Source: Candidatus Fervidifonticultor quintus (GTDB taxonomy: Bacteria > Sysuimicrobiota > Sysuimicrobiia > Sysuimicrobiales > Humicultoraceae). Taken from it: a DNA stretch of 58,058 bases. The stretch covers positions 1 to 58,058 of the forward strand of contig JAVKIJ010000008.1 in NCBI GenBank assembly GCA_031459535.1. The letters run 5' to 3'. Both the position numbers and the translations under genes were made by a program. Under the pieces are notes generated by a model, which saw nothing but the letters and a program-made list of their open reading frames with translations, ran no database searches and had not been told where the DNA came from. Position 1 is the stretch's first letter; the number at the start of each line of letters is the position of its first letter. Below are positions 42,329 through 52,159 of this stretch, in pieces.

Positions 42329-43702
42329 TCAGGCCCCACCGACAGACCGACCGAGGATGCGACGCGCCAGGCGGTGGCCGGCCTGGGCGATGACCTCCTC
42401 ATCGGCGCGGACCAGCCTGCCTTCCTGCACCACCGGTCGGCCCTCGACGAACAGGTGTCGCACCCGACGGGGTGCGCAGTACACCAGCGCCGCCACCGGG
42501 TCGGCCTCTGCACCGGCAAACTCTATTCCTTCGACGCTGAACAGCGCCACGTCGGCGCGTTTGCCGACCTCGAGCGACCCGATGTCGTCGCGACCCAGGC
42601 AAGCCGCGCCGCCCCGAGTGGCCATGCGCAGCACCTCACGCGCCGTCATCTGGTCCGCGCCCTGGTGCCGCGCCGCCAGGAGCCCCACGCGGGCCTCGGC
42701 CAGCAGGTTCCCGCTATCGTTGGATGCCGCGCCGTCCACGCCCAACCCCACGCGGCCGCCTGCGTCCAGGAGAGCCCTGGCGGGCGCGATGCCCGAGCCC
42801 AGCCGCAGATTGGACGTGGGACACCAGGCGACGCCGGCGCCCGACTCCACGATGCGGCCCACGGCGCGCCCGTCGAGGTGCACGCAGTGGGCGAGCCAGA
42901 CGTCGGGACCGACCCAGCCCAGGTCGTCGAGCAGCTCCAGCGGGCGCTTCCCGTAGCGCGCCAGGCAGTAGGCCTCCTCGTCCAGCGTCTCGGCGATGTG
43001 TGTGTGCAACCGCACGCCCAGGCGCCGGGCCAGGACGGCGGATTCCCGCATGAGTCGGTCGCTCACCGAGAACGGTGAGCACGGCGCCACCGCGACCCGG
43101 AGCATGGCGCCCGGGGCGGGATCGTGAAACTGCCGCACCGCCTCCTCGGTCTGAATCAGAATGGTCTCGATGTCTTGGACGATGGTATCCGGGGGCAGCC
43201 CGCCTGCCGACACGCCGAGATCCATCGAGCCCCGGGCCGGGTGGAACCGCAGGCCGATCTGCGCGGCGGCGTCGATCTCGGCTCGCAACAGGTCCAACCC
43301 CGCACCGGCGTCCGTCCGCGGGAAGATGTAGTGGTGATCCGTGGTGGTCGTGCACCCGGACAGCGCCAGCTCCGCCAGGCCAACGCGCGAGGCGACCTCC
43401 ATCCATTCAAAATCCACGCCGGCCCAGATGGGGTAGAGCGCCCGGAGCCAGCCGAACAGGCCCTCGGCCTGTGCCCGGACCCGGGTCAGGCTCTGGTAGA
43501 GGTGGTGGTGCGCATTGACCAACCCGGGAAGCGCCACGGTGCCCCGCCCGTCGACACGTGCCGCGTCCGCGGCGCCCGGCGGTTCCCCCGAGCCCACCCA
43601 GGCGATCACACCACCGTCGATGAGGACCGACCCACCCGAGATCTCGGTGCCGGCGTCGTCCATCACGACCACACGCTCACAGGACGCGATAAGCACCTTC
43701 AC
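42329..43702 (-). CDS. 8-oxoguanine deaminase-like amidohydrolase
   Basis: NAHHHLYQSLTR, TTTDHHY, RGSM, PCSPFS, HTHIAE, GVDGAASND. Confidence 0.85.
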   Translation of the reverse strand: MKVLIASCERVVVMDDAGTEISGGSVLIDGGVIAWVGSGEPPGAADAARVDGRGTVALPGLVNAHHHLYQSLTRVRAQAEGLFGWLRALYPIWAGVDFEWMEVASRVGLAELALSGCTTTTDHHYIFPRTDAGAGLDLLRAEIDAAAQIGLRFHPARGSMDLGVSAGGLPPDTIVQDIETILIQTEEAVRQFHDPAPGAMLRVAVAPCSPFSVSDRLMRESAVLARRLGVRLHTHIAETLDEEAYCLARYGKRPLELLDDLGWVGPDVWLAHCVHLDGRAVGRIVESGAGVAWCPTSNLRLGSGIAPARALLDAGGRVGLGVDGAASNDSGNLLAEARVGLLAARHQGADQMTAREVLRMATRGGAACLGRDDIGSLEVGKRADVALFSVEGIEFAGAEADPVAALVYCAPRRVRHLFVEGRPVVQEGRLVRADEEVIAQAGHRLARRILGRSVGGA

Positions 43703-44169
43703 GGCTGACCCGCCAGCCGCCGCGCGGCCAGTCGTACCGCGTCGACGATCTTGGTGTAACCGGTGCACCGACAGAGGTTGCCCGCGAGGGCCGCTCGGAT
43801 CTCGGCGTCGGTCGGGGCAGGATTCCGCTCCAGCAGGTCGACGGCGGTCACCACGAACCCGGGCGTGCAGAACCCACACTGCACCGCACCCGTCTCGACG
43901 AACGCCTCCTGCACCGGATGCAGGCCAAGGGGACCAGCCAGGGCCTCAACGGTGCGCACCTGGCTGCCGTGGGCCTGGGCGGCCAGCACCAGGCAGGCGC
44001 ACACCACCTCGCCGTCCAGCCACACGGAACACGACCCGCACTCTCCCTGCTCGCAGGCGTTCTTCGATCCGACCAGCCCCAGGACGTCCCGCAGCATGTG
44101 CAGCAGGCTCGCCCCGGGCCAGACGTCTGCCGTCCTCCACTCGCCGTTGACGTTGACTCGCACCATCAT
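43699..44169 (-). CDS. Xanthine dehydrogenase 2Fe-2S subunit (PucE/CoxS-like)
   Basis: CEQGECGSC, QCGFC, NLCRCTGY. Confidence 0.93.
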   Translation of the reverse strand: MMVRVNVNGEWRTADVWPGASLLHMLRDVLGLVGSKNACEQGECGSCSVWLDGEVVCACLVLAAQAHGSQVRTVEALAGPLGLHPVQEAFVETGAVQCGFCTPGFVVTAVDLLERNPAPTDAEIRAALAGNLCRCTGYTKIVDAVRLAARRLAGQP

Positions 44170-45035
44170 GACGAACGCCTCGCTTCCAGCGCCCAGGTCA
44201 GCGCCCGCCGGGCCAGCACGCCGCAGGCGTGGCGGCGGTACGCTGCGGTCGCCCGGACGTCATCGATGGGTCGCGCCGCAGCCGCGACCCGCTCGCCAAA
44301 ATCGGCGATCACGCCGGACGCGATGGGAACCCGGCGATCATCCCACGCACCCGCCTGGGCCAGCGCCCGCACGGCGAACGCTTCCGCCTCAAACGCGCGC
44401 AGGACCGTGGGCCCCACTGAGCCCAAGGCGACGCGCACGGCGCGGCGGTCCTCGTCCATTACCAGGCAGAGGCTCGCCACCGCGATGACCATGGCGCTGC
44501 GCGGCCCCACCTTTGAGAACGAGCCCGACCCGCGGTGGACGGCCCAGCGCGCACCGAGGATGAGCTCGTCGGGGGCCATGGCGGTCCGCTTGGGCCCCAG
44601 CATGAACCGATCGAGGGGCAGCGAGCGGGTCGCTGCGCCGGCCTTGATCAAGACGATCTCCGCGTCATAGGCGGCCAGCACGGGCAACGCATCGCCGGCC
44701 GGCGACGCCGTGCCCAGATTCCCGCCCACCGTGCCTCGGTTGCGGATCTGCGGTGAGCCCACCGAGGCCGACGCCTGCACGAGGGGTGGGAACGCGTCCA
44801 TCTCCCGGATGATGCGGGTGTAGGTCATCCCGGCGCCCAGAAACACGTGCCCGTTCTCCCGGCGCCAGGTGCACAGTTCCGGGAGTCGGCTGACATCCAT
44901 CAGGCATGCGGGACGCCGGCGGCCAAAGTTGAGATCTACCATCAGGTCGGTGCCTCCAGCAATGGGCACTGCCTCGGGGCGGTGGGCTTTCGCCTCCAGG
45001 GCCTCCTCCAGGGTGCGCGGCAGCAGTACGTCCAT
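44166..45035 (-). CDS. Xanthine dehydrogenase FAD subunit (PucC/CoxM-like)
   Basis: AGGTDL, QIRNRGTVGGN, SPAGD, PIDDVR...YR. Confidence 0.92.
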   Translation of the reverse strand: MDVLLPRTLEEALEAKAHRPEAVPIAGGTDLMVDLNFGRRRPACLMDVSRLPELCTWRRENGHVFLGAGMTYTRIIREMDAFPPLVQASASVGSPQIRNRGTVGGNLGTASPAGDALPVLAAYDAEIVLIKAGAATRSLPLDRFMLGPKRTAMAPDELILGARWAVHRGSGSFSKVGPRSAMVIAVASLCLVMDEDRRAVRVALGSVGPTVLRAFEAEAFAVRALAQAGAWDDRRVPIASGVIADFGERVAAAARPIDDVRATAAYRRHACGVLARRALTWALEARRSS

Positions 45036-45049
45036 CAGCGCCCACCCTC

Positions 45050-45622
45050 TCAGTCGGGCCAATCGCGCCTGAAGATGGGCAGGATGCCCAGGTGCCGAAT
45101 GCCCTCGCGCCGCTCGCCCTCGACCAGCAACACCGTGATCCCCGCGACCTCGCCGCCGGCCTGCCGGACCAGGGTTTCCATGGCCCGCAGCGTCTCACCG
45201 GTGCTCACGATGTCGTCCACGAGGCCCACCCGCCTGTCCTTGATCTTCAGCGCATCGCGGCCGTCCATGTAGAGCTCCTCATGGGTCCTGGCCGTGATGG
45301 GTTTGTAGCGTACCATCAACGGCGTCATCATGAAGGGCCGCAGCTGGCGTCGGCAGACCACGTAAGGTTTGAGCCCCGCCAGCGTGGCAATGGCGTGGGT
45401 GAGGGGAATGCCCTTGGTCTCCGTGGTGACCAACAGATCGCAGGCCTCGAGGCCGGGCGCCAGCAGGCGAGCGGCGCGGTCGATGACCTCGGTGTCGCCC
45501 AGGCTGTAGTAGTAGGCGATCCATGTGTCCGGCGCCACCTGGATGAGCGGCAACGTGCGGACCACGCCCGCCACGTGGAGCTCGTAGGTGGCCTGACCGC
45601 GATACGGGAGGACGTGGGACAC
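45050..45622 (-). CDS. Adenine/purine phosphoribosyltransferase (Thermus-type APRT-like)
   Basis: PRPP loop GLVDDIVSTGET; AGVVRTLP, LGDTE, ETKGIP; GTG at 45622 follows GGAGG. Confidence 0.82.
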   Translation of the reverse strand: MSHVLPYRGQATYELHVAGVVRTLPLIQVAPDTWIAYYYSLGDTEVIDRAARLLAPGLEACDLLVTTETKGIPLTHAIATLAGLKPYVVCRRQLRPFMMTPLMVRYKPITARTHEELYMDGRDALKIKDRRVGLVDDIVSTGETLRAMETLVRQAGGEVAGITVLLVEGERREGIRHLGILPIFRRDWPD

Positions 45623-45658
45623 GGCGAAACCTCCATCTGCGCGGGGTCCACGATGCAG

Positions 45659-45717
45659 GTTCTCGGTCCCCGACGGCGATGCCTGCCTCGGAGGAAGGCC
45701 GGGGGCAGCCGGGGAAG
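45659..45717. promoter_or_regulatory. Back-to-back sigma-H-like promoters: GCAGGC-N18-GAAC (minus, 45659-45686) and GGAGGA-N18-GAAG (plus, 45690-45717)
   Basis: Each motif points into one of the two divergent genes; the plus copy ends 9 nt before the ade ATG. Confidence 0.5.
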
Positions 45718-45726
45718 TCCGTCTCA

Positions 45727-47448
45727 ATGGATCTCTCCAGGCTGATTGCGGTCGCCCGGGCCAGGCGACCAGCCGACTTGCTCTTGTCCAACGCCCGCGT
45801 CGTCGATCTGTTCAACCTCCGGATCGTGGACGCTGACGTCGCCGTCGCCGGCAGCCACATCGCCGGAATTGCCACGGGGCCGACTCGCGGCGCCTATCAG
45901 GCCGTCCTGACCCACGATCTGGAGGGCGCCTACCTCACCGCTGGCTTCATTGACAGCCACGTCCACATCGAGAGTGCCATGGTCAGCGTGCCCGAGTTCG
46001 CCCGCCTCGTCGTCCCCCACGGCACCACCACCGTGATCGCCGATCCTCACGAGATCGCCAACGTGTTGGGCATGAGTGGCATCCGGTACATGCTCCAGGC
46101 GGCCAAGTACAACCCGCTGTCGGTCTTCATCATGGCGTCATCCTGCGTACCGGCCAGCCCCATGGAGAGCGCAGGGGCTGAACTGGGCGCCTATGACCTG
46201 GAGGTCCTCATGCAGGACAAGTGGGTGCTGGGCCTGGCGGAGATGATGAACACGCCCGGGGTTCTGGCCGCTGATCCCGAGGTGCTGGCCAAGATTGCCG
46301 CCGCTGGCGGCCGGCCCATTGACGGCCATGCGCCGGGCGTGCTCGGGTTGGACCTCAACGCCTACGTGGCCGCTGGCATCCGCACCGACCACGAATCCAC
46401 CACGCTGGCTGAGGCCGAGGAGAAACTGCGGCGCGGCATGACCATCCTGCTCCGCGAAGCCACCGGTGCGCGGAATCTGCGCGACCTGCTCCCCCTGGTG
46501 ACCCCGCAGAACAGCCGCCGGTTCGCCTTCTGCACCGACGACCGCACCCCGCTCCACCTCCTCGCCGAAGGCCACATCGACGCCATGGTCCGGGATGCCA
46601 TCGCGTTCGGGCTGGATCCCCTCGTGGTGCTACAGATCGCCAGCCTCAACGCCGCGGAGTGCTTCGGCCTGCGGGACCGGGGCGCGGTGGCACCCGGGAG
46701 GGTCGCCGACCTGGTGGTCTTCGACGACCTGCAGGCACCCAGGCCCCGTCTGGTCTACCGCGGAGGACGTCTGGTGGCTCGGGACGGCGAGCTGTTGCCG
46801 TACGACCGGCCCGAGAGGCTGCCGGCGCTGCGCAGCTCCATCAACGTGCCGCGTAGCACGCTGCACTTTCGGGTACCCGCCCAAGGGCGCCGCGTCCGGG
46901 TGATCGAGGTGATTCCGAACCAGATCATCACCGGCGCCGGCGAGGCGGATGCGACCATCGTGGGGGACGAGGCGGTCGCCGATCCCCAACGTGACCTCCT
47001 GAAGCTGGCTGTCATCGAACGCCACACCGGCAGCGGCCGGGTGGGCCTGGGATTCGTGCGGGGTTTCAATCTGAAGCTGGGCGCCCTGGCGTCGTCGGTG
47101 GCCCACGATGCCCACAACATCGTGGTGGTCGGCACCAGCGATGAGGAGATGCGCGCGGCGGTGGAGTTGATCCTCGAGTTGCAGGGAGGTCAGGTCGCCG
47201 TCGCGGGCCGCGAAGCGGCGGTGCTGCCGCTGCCGATCGCCGGGCTGATGTCGGACCAACCGGTCTCGGTGGTCGCCGAGCAGGCAAGGGCCCTCCAGCG
47301 CATGGCCCGCCGCATGGGCAGCACGTTGCCCGATCCCTTCATGACCCTGGCCTTCATGGCGATCTCGGTGATCCCGGCCCTCAAGCTGACCGACCGCGGG
47401 CTGCTGGACGTGAATCGCTTCGAGCTGGTTCCGCTGTTCCTCGACTGA
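45727..47448 (+). CDS. ade: Adenine deaminase
   Basis: IDSHVHIES, DPHEIANV, LAEMMN, DGHAP, DHE, CTDD, AHDAHN, VIPALKLTD. Confidence 0.95.
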   Translation: MDLSRLIAVARARRPADLLLSNARVVDLFNLRIVDADVAVAGSHIAGIATGPTRGAYQAVLTHDLEGAYLTAGFIDSHVHIESAMVSVPEFARLVVPHGTTTVIADPHEIANVLGMSGIRYMLQAAKYNPLSVFIMASSCVPASPMESAGAELGAYDLEVLMQDKWVLGLAEMMNTPGVLAADPEVLAKIAAAGGRPIDGHAPGVLGLDLNAYVAAGIRTDHESTTLAEAEEKLRRGMTILLREATGARNLRDLLPLVTPQNSRRFAFCTDDRTPLHLLAEGHIDAMVRDAIAFGLDPLVVLQIASLNAAECFGLRDRGAVAPGRVADLVVFDDLQAPRPRLVYRGGRLVARDGELLPYDRPERLPALRSSINVPRSTLHFRVPAQGRRVRVIEVIPNQIITGAGEADATIVGDEAVADPQRDLLKLAVIERHTGSGRVGLGFVRGFNLKLGALASSVAHDAHNIVVVGTSDEEMRAAVELILELQGGQVAVAGREAAVLPLPIAGLMSDQPVSVVAEQARALQRMARRMGSTLPDPFMTLAFMAISVIPALKLTDRGLLDVNRFELVPLFLD

Positions 47449-47454
47449 GCGGCC

Positions 47455-48849
47455 TCAGGGTTCCGCCAGGGGGCCGCGGACCAGATACTGGCCCGCGGCC
47501 GGCTCGCCCACGAACCGGTCGCCATCCACCACCTGCCGGCCCCGGACCCAGACGGCGACGGGGATGCCGCGCACCCGCATGCCCTCGAAGAGGTTGTAGT
47601 CCACCCGCATGTGGTGGGTCCGGGCGCTCAGCGTGCGCTCGGCAGTCAGATCCCACAGCGCCAGGTCTGCGTCGGCGCCTGGGGCGATGGTGCCCTTGCG
47701 AGGATACAGTCCGAAGAGCTTGGCCGGGTTGGTCGCGGTCAGCTCCACGAACCGGTTCAACGAGAGGCGGCCGCCGGCCACGCCGGCATGGTGGAGGGTG
47801 CTCAACCGGTCCTCGATGACCGGCAGGCCGTTGGGGATCTTGGTGAAATCGCCGCGGCCCGCCATCTTGTGGGTGGCGAAGTCAAACGGGCAGTGGTCGG
47901 TCGACACCACCGCCAGGGTGCCGTCCCGCAGCCCGTTCCACAGCGCTTCCTGGTCGCGTCTGGTGCGCAGCGGCGGAGAGCACACGAACTTGGCGCCCTC
48001 GAACCCGGGCCGGTCCAGGTCGTCGGCGGTGAAGAAGAGGTACTGCGGGCAGGTCTCGGCCCAGACCCGCGCGCCCGTGGCCCTGGCGGCTCGCACCTGT
48101 CGCAAAGCCAGCTCGCACGTGAGGTGCACCACGTACAGCGGCGCGCCGGTGGCGGCGGCCAGCGCGATCGCGCGGCCGGTGGCTTCCCCCTCCAGCTCTG
48201 GCGGCCGCGTCAGCGCATGATACTTGGGCGCCAGACGGCCGGTGGCCAGCGCTTCCTCTACCAGGAGGTCAATGGCGTCGCCGTGCTCGCAGTGCACCAT
48301 GGTCAGGAGCCCGACGGCTGCCGCCCGACGCATCACCCGAACGATGTCGGCGTCCTCGAGCATGACCCGGCCCCTGTACGCCATCAACACCTTGACGGAC
48401 GTGATCCCCCAGGCGGGTAGCGATGCGATCTCCTCGAGCACGGCCGGTGTGGCATCGGTGATGGTCATGTGGAACCCGTAGTCAATGCATGCCTTGTCGC
48501 GGGCCTTGGCCTGCCACAGTTCCAGCGCCTCACGCAGGCTGGCGCCCTTGGGCTGAATGGCGAAGTCAAGGTGCGATGTGGTCCCACCGAACGCCGCGGC
48601 GACCTGTCCGGACTCGAAGTCGTCGGTCGAGGTGATCCCGCCCAGGGGCATGTCCAGGTGCGTGTGGACATCAATGCCGCCGGGCAGCAGGTGCAGCCCG
48701 GCGGCGTCGACGATGCGGGCACCGCCCGCGGGCAGGTGTCGTCCGATGACCGCAACTCGCCCGGCTGTGACCAGGACGTCGCCCTGGTAGGTCTGCGCGG
48801 CGGTCACGATGGTGGCGCCGCGGATCAGGGTGGCAGAATCACCGGCCAT
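47455..48849 (-). CDS. hydA: Dihydropyrimidinase/hydantoinase
   Basis: GGIDVHTH, SVKVLMAY, HCE, VVHL, ETCPQYL, STDHCPF, IPNG. Confidence 0.9.
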   Translation of the reverse strand: MAGDSATLIRGATIVTAAQTYQGDVLVTAGRVAVIGRHLPAGGARIVDAAGLHLLPGGIDVHTHLDMPLGGITSTDDFESGQVAAAFGGTTSHLDFAIQPKGASLREALELWQAKARDKACIDYGFHMTITDATPAVLEEIASLPAWGITSVKVLMAYRGRVMLEDADIVRVMRRAAAVGLLTMVHCEHGDAIDLLVEEALATGRLAPKYHALTRPPELEGEATGRAIALAAATGAPLYVVHLTCELALRQVRAARATGARVWAETCPQYLFFTADDLDRPGFEGAKFVCSPPLRTRRDQEALWNGLRDGTLAVVSTDHCPFDFATHKMAGRGDFTKIPNGLPVIEDRLSTLHHAGVAGGRLSLNRFVELTATNPAKLFGLYPRKGTIAPGADADLALWDLTAERTLSARTHHMRVDYNLFEGMRVRGIPVAVWVRGRQVVDGDRFVGEPAAGQYLVRGPLAEP

Positions 48850-48859
48850 GCCCGGGCAC

Positions 48860-48888
48860 GCGGCAGGGCGCGGCTGGCGCCCTGCCGC
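48860..48888 (-). terminator. Perfect 12-bp GC hairpin downstream of the BMP gene (terminator or 3' stabiliser)
   Basis: GCGGCAGGGCGC-ggctg-GCGCCCTGCCGC; no U-tract. Confidence 0.55.
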
Positions 48889-48907
48889 ATCCGCCGCCTG
48901 GGACCGA

Positions 48908-50059
48908 CTACGGTTCCTTGGGCCAGGGCCCGACGACGCCCGGGGCCGCCCACTCCAGGCTCGTGAGCTCGCCGACAGTCATGCGCTTGCCCGCCGGAAC
49001 CCGCAGGATCCCCTTGCGGTCCTTGATCGGCCCCGTGAACGGGTCAAACGTCACTTTGGGATCGGCCATCTGCGCGTGGCGCTTCATCACCAGCGCGTAG
49101 ACGGACAACCGGCCGAGATCCGGGGTCATCACCCGGACCGCCTCGAGCCTGGCCTTGTAGGCCGGGTTGATCGGCACGCCGAAGTCACCGCCCAGCTCCA
49201 CGGCCTTCTCGGCCAGCAGCCACCAGTAGTCCACGTTTGCCAGGTTCTCGGTAGTGTACTTGCCCGCGTGGACCTTGGAGAGGAAATCCACGTAGATGGT
49301 CTCCCAGTGGACGAGCTGGCCCGAGACAACGTGGTTGGGCGCGAACTTCTGCATCGGCGAGTAGTGCCCGAAACTGGGGAGGTTGCGCCGGGCGGCAACC
49401 TGCACCACCGTGGGCGAATCCTCGGTGAAGGCGAACACATCGGCGCCTTCGGCGATGAGGGCCTCGGTGGCCTCCTTGGCCGCGGCTGGATTGAACCACT
49501 CGAAGATCCACCGGACGTGAACCGTCGCTTTGGGGTTGACGGTCCGCACCCCCAGGGCGTACGCGTTGAGGTGCCGCTTGACCTCCGGAATCGGAAACGC
49601 GCCCACATAGGCCACCTTGTTGGTCTTGGTGAGGGCGCCGGCCATCAGGCCGTTGAGATAGTAGATCTGGTAGAAGTCCGCCATGTAGGTGGCCATGTTG
49701 GCATGGCGCTTGAAGCCCGACGCGTGAGCGAAGATGTGGTTGGGGTATCGCTTGGCCGCCGCCAGCGTCCCGTCCATGAAGCCAAAGCTGGTGGTGAAGA
49801 TGACCCTGGCACCTTGCTGGATCATGCGGTCGATGTACGGTTCAACCTGGCCCTCCGGCACCGACTCCACGTAGATGGTCTCCAGCCACGGGAGCTTCTG
49901 CATGGCGATCTTGCGCGCCTGATCGTGGGCATGAGTCCACCCGTAGTCGCCGATGGGCCCCACGTAGATGAATCCCGCCTTGAGCTTCGGCTGCGCGAGG
50001 CCCGGCGCTGCCAGGCTCGCCAGCAGTACGAGGACCACCACAGCGTATCTGTAGCCCAT
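48908..50059 (-). CDS. BMP-family nucleoside/purine ABC substrate-binding protein
   Basis: GFIYVGPIGDYGW, TTSFGF, FPIPEV, WFNP. Confidence 0.9.
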   Translation of the reverse strand: MGYRYAVVVLVLLASLAAPGLAQPKLKAGFIYVGPIGDYGWTHAHDQARKIAMQKLPWLETIYVESVPEGQVEPYIDRMIQQGARVIFTTSFGFMDGTLAAAKRYPNHIFAHASGFKRHANMATYMADFYQIYYLNGLMAGALTKTNKVAYVGAFPIPEVKRHLNAYALGVRTVNPKATVHVRWIFEWFNPAAAKEATEALIAEGADVFAFTEDSPTVVQVAARRNLPSFGHYSPMQKFAPNHVVSGQLVHWETIYVDFLSKVHAGKYTTENLANVDYWWLLAEKAVELGGDFGVPINPAYKARLEAVRVMTPDLGRLSVYALVMKRHAQMADPKVTFDPFTGPIKDRKGILRVPAGKRMTVGELTSLEWAAPGVVGPWPKEP

Positions 50060-50115
50060 GCTCTCCCTCCTCCGTTCATTGAGCGCCCACTGCGTACGTC
50101 CGCCGCCCGCCGCCT

Positions 50116-50125
50116 CACCTCCTCT
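50116..50125 (-). promoter_or_regulatory. Orphan Shine-Dalgarno-like element AGAGGAGGTG in the BMP gene leader
   Basis: Identical to 10161-10170; about 57 nt upstream of the start, which has its own GGAGG. Confidence 0.4.
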
Positions 50126-50147
50126 TCCTCTGATCCTGGCCCTGGAC

Positions 50148-51014
50148 TCAGCGCTCGCCGCTCACGTAGGGCACGCCGAGCGCCTCGGGGGCACCCTGTC
50201 CCCGCCTCCCCCCGGCCGTGGCCGCGAGCGCCACGACAGTGAACGCAAACGGCATCATCTTTAGCAGTTCCGGCGCCACCCATGCCTGCAGGCGAAACGA
50301 CAGGTGGAACAGGGCGCCGAACAGCACCGAGCCAATCACGGCGCGCAGCGGATCCCACGACGCGAAGATGGCGATGGCGATCACGATCCACCCCATCCCG
50401 GCCGTCATGCCCTCGGTCCAGGCCGGGCGGTAGGCCACGGACAGGAATCCACCGGCGACCCCGGCCAGCAGGCCGCCAACGACCACCGCCAGGTAGCGCA
50501 CCAGCGCCACGTTGACGCCCAGCGCATCGGCGGCGGCCGGCATCTCACCCGTTGACCGCAGGACGATGCCCCAGCGCGTGTGGTACAACACAAACCACAT
50601 CAGGACGGCCAGCACAAGTCCCAGATAGGTGAGGGTCGAGACTTCCGGCAGGGTGTGCACCAGGGGCGTCCCTTCGTAGCCCCGGCCCAGCAGTCCGGCG
50701 AGGCCAAGGCCCAGCATGGTCAGTGCCAGCCCGGACACGTACTGGTTCGCGCGGAGCGTCACCGAGACGAACGCGTGGAGCAGCGCGGCCAGGCCACCGA
50801 CGGCCGCAGCGACGACCAGGGCCAGGGCGGGATTGCCGGTGCCCTGCGCCGAGGCAAACGCGAAGAACGCCCCGAGGATCATCATGCCCTCGACGCCCAG
50901 ATTCACCACGCCCGCCCGCTCCGCGTAGATCTCGCCCAGGGCGCCCCAGAGGATGGGCGTGCCCAGCGCCAGCGCCCGGCCGACGGTGGTGGCGATCCAC
51001 CCGCCGTCGCTCAT
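50148..51014 (-). CDS. Nucleoside ABC permease (NupC-like)
   Basis: ERAGVVNLGVEG, ANQYVSG, TAGMGW, APEALG.PY. Confidence 0.9.
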   Translation of the reverse strand: MSDGGWIATTVGRALALGTPILWGALGEIYAERAGVVNLGVEGMMILGAFFAFASAQGTGNPALALVVAAAVGGLAALLHAFVSVTLRANQYVSGLALTMLGLGLAGLLGRGYEGTPLVHTLPEVSTLTYLGLVLAVLMWFVLYHTRWGIVLRSTGEMPAAADALGVNVALVRYLAVVVGGLLAGVAGGFLSVAYRPAWTEGMTAGMGWIVIAIAIFASWDPLRAVIGSVLFGALFHLSFRLQAWVAPELLKMMPFAFTVVALAATAGGRRGQGAPEALGVPYVSGER

Positions 51015-52159
51015 CAGCCCTCTCCTCCCGCCGACGGCGGGCTCGGCTCCGCCGGATGGGCTTCAGCGGCCGCAGCGGCTGCCCGGGCCGGCGCCACGCG
51101 CACGCGGTAATACAGCAGGCGCTCGCTGCCGATCAGGAAGAACAGCATGAGGCCGTTGAACACGTCGGTCACCCGGAATGGCATCTGCATGACGACCTTG
51201 AGCACGTCGCCGCTGGTGAAGATCAGACCGAGGAAGGTCGCGGTGAGCACCACGGCCAGCGGACTTCCCCGGGCCAGCCAAGCCACGATGATGGCGGCAT
51301 ATCCATATCCGAGGGAGACCTGGTTGGGGTCCAGTAGCTTGTGGTGCACCCCAGCTACCTCGCCCACACCGGCCAGTCCCGCCACCCCGCCGGAGACCAG
51401 CATGACCACCAGGGTCGTGCGCAGCGGGTTGATGCCCGCGTAGAGGCCGGCCGCAAGGTTCTGGCCCAGGACCCGGATCTCGAAGCCCAGGCGCGTGCGG
51501 GACAGCACGAACCCCAGTACGAGGGCCAGGGCTAGGCCGATGAGCAGCGTGGGCCAGTGGACCCGGGTGCCCGGAATGAGCGGGAGCCGCGCCGCCTCGG
51601 CAAACGGATCGGTGTACGCAAATCCAAACATGGTCGCGCCCTTCCAGGGGCCGTGGACCAGCCACGCGACCACGTAGAGGGCGACGTAGTTCATCATCAA
51701 CGTGGTGATAACCTCGTTGACCTCGAGCCGCAGCCGCAGCAGCGTGGGCATCAGGCCCCACAGCGCCCCGGCGACAAAGCCGGCCAGGAACATGGCCGGG
51801 ATGATCCACCGGCCGTGGATGGGCGCGAACAGCGCCACGGCCGTGGCGCCCACGGCGCCGGCCAGCAACTGTCCTTCCGCCCCGATGTTCCAGAACTGTG
51901 CCCGGAACGCGAGGGTCAGCCCGACGCCGCAGAGCAGCAGGGGAATGGTGCGGCGGACGACTTCGGAGGCGGCCCCGACGTTGATGAACGTCTCCCGCAC
52001 GACCGCCGCGTAGGCGCCCACGGGGTCGGTGCCGTAGGCCCAGAACACCAGACCCGCCGCCGCCAGCGCCGCCGCGATGGCGAGCAGCGACACGCCAAGC
52101 ATCCACCCGGTGGTGGGGTTGACGTCGCGCTCGATGACCAGGGGGCCGAGGCGCCTCAC
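51014..52159 (-). CDS. Nucleoside ABC permease (NupB-like)
   Basis: WNIGAEGQ, NEVITTLMMNY, GYGYAAIIVAWL. Confidence 0.9.
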   Translation of the reverse strand: MRRLGPLVIERDVNPTTGWMLGVSLLAIAAALAAAGLVFWAYGTDPVGAYAAVVRETFINVGAASEVVRRTIPLLLCGVGLTLAFRAQFWNIGAEGQLLAGAVGATAVALFAPIHGRWIIPAMFLAGFVAGALWGLMPTLLRLRLEVNEVITTLMMNYVALYVVAWLVHGPWKGATMFGFAYTDPFAEAARLPLIPGTRVHWPTLLIGLALALVLGFVLSRTRLGFEIRVLGQNLAAGLYAGINPLRTTLVVMLVSGGVAGLAGVGEVAGVHHKLLDPNQVSLGYGYAAIIVAWLARGSPLAVVLTATFLGLIFTSGDVLKVVMQMPFRVTDVFNGLMLFFLIGSERLLYYRVRVAPARAAAAAAEAHPAEPSPPSAGGEG

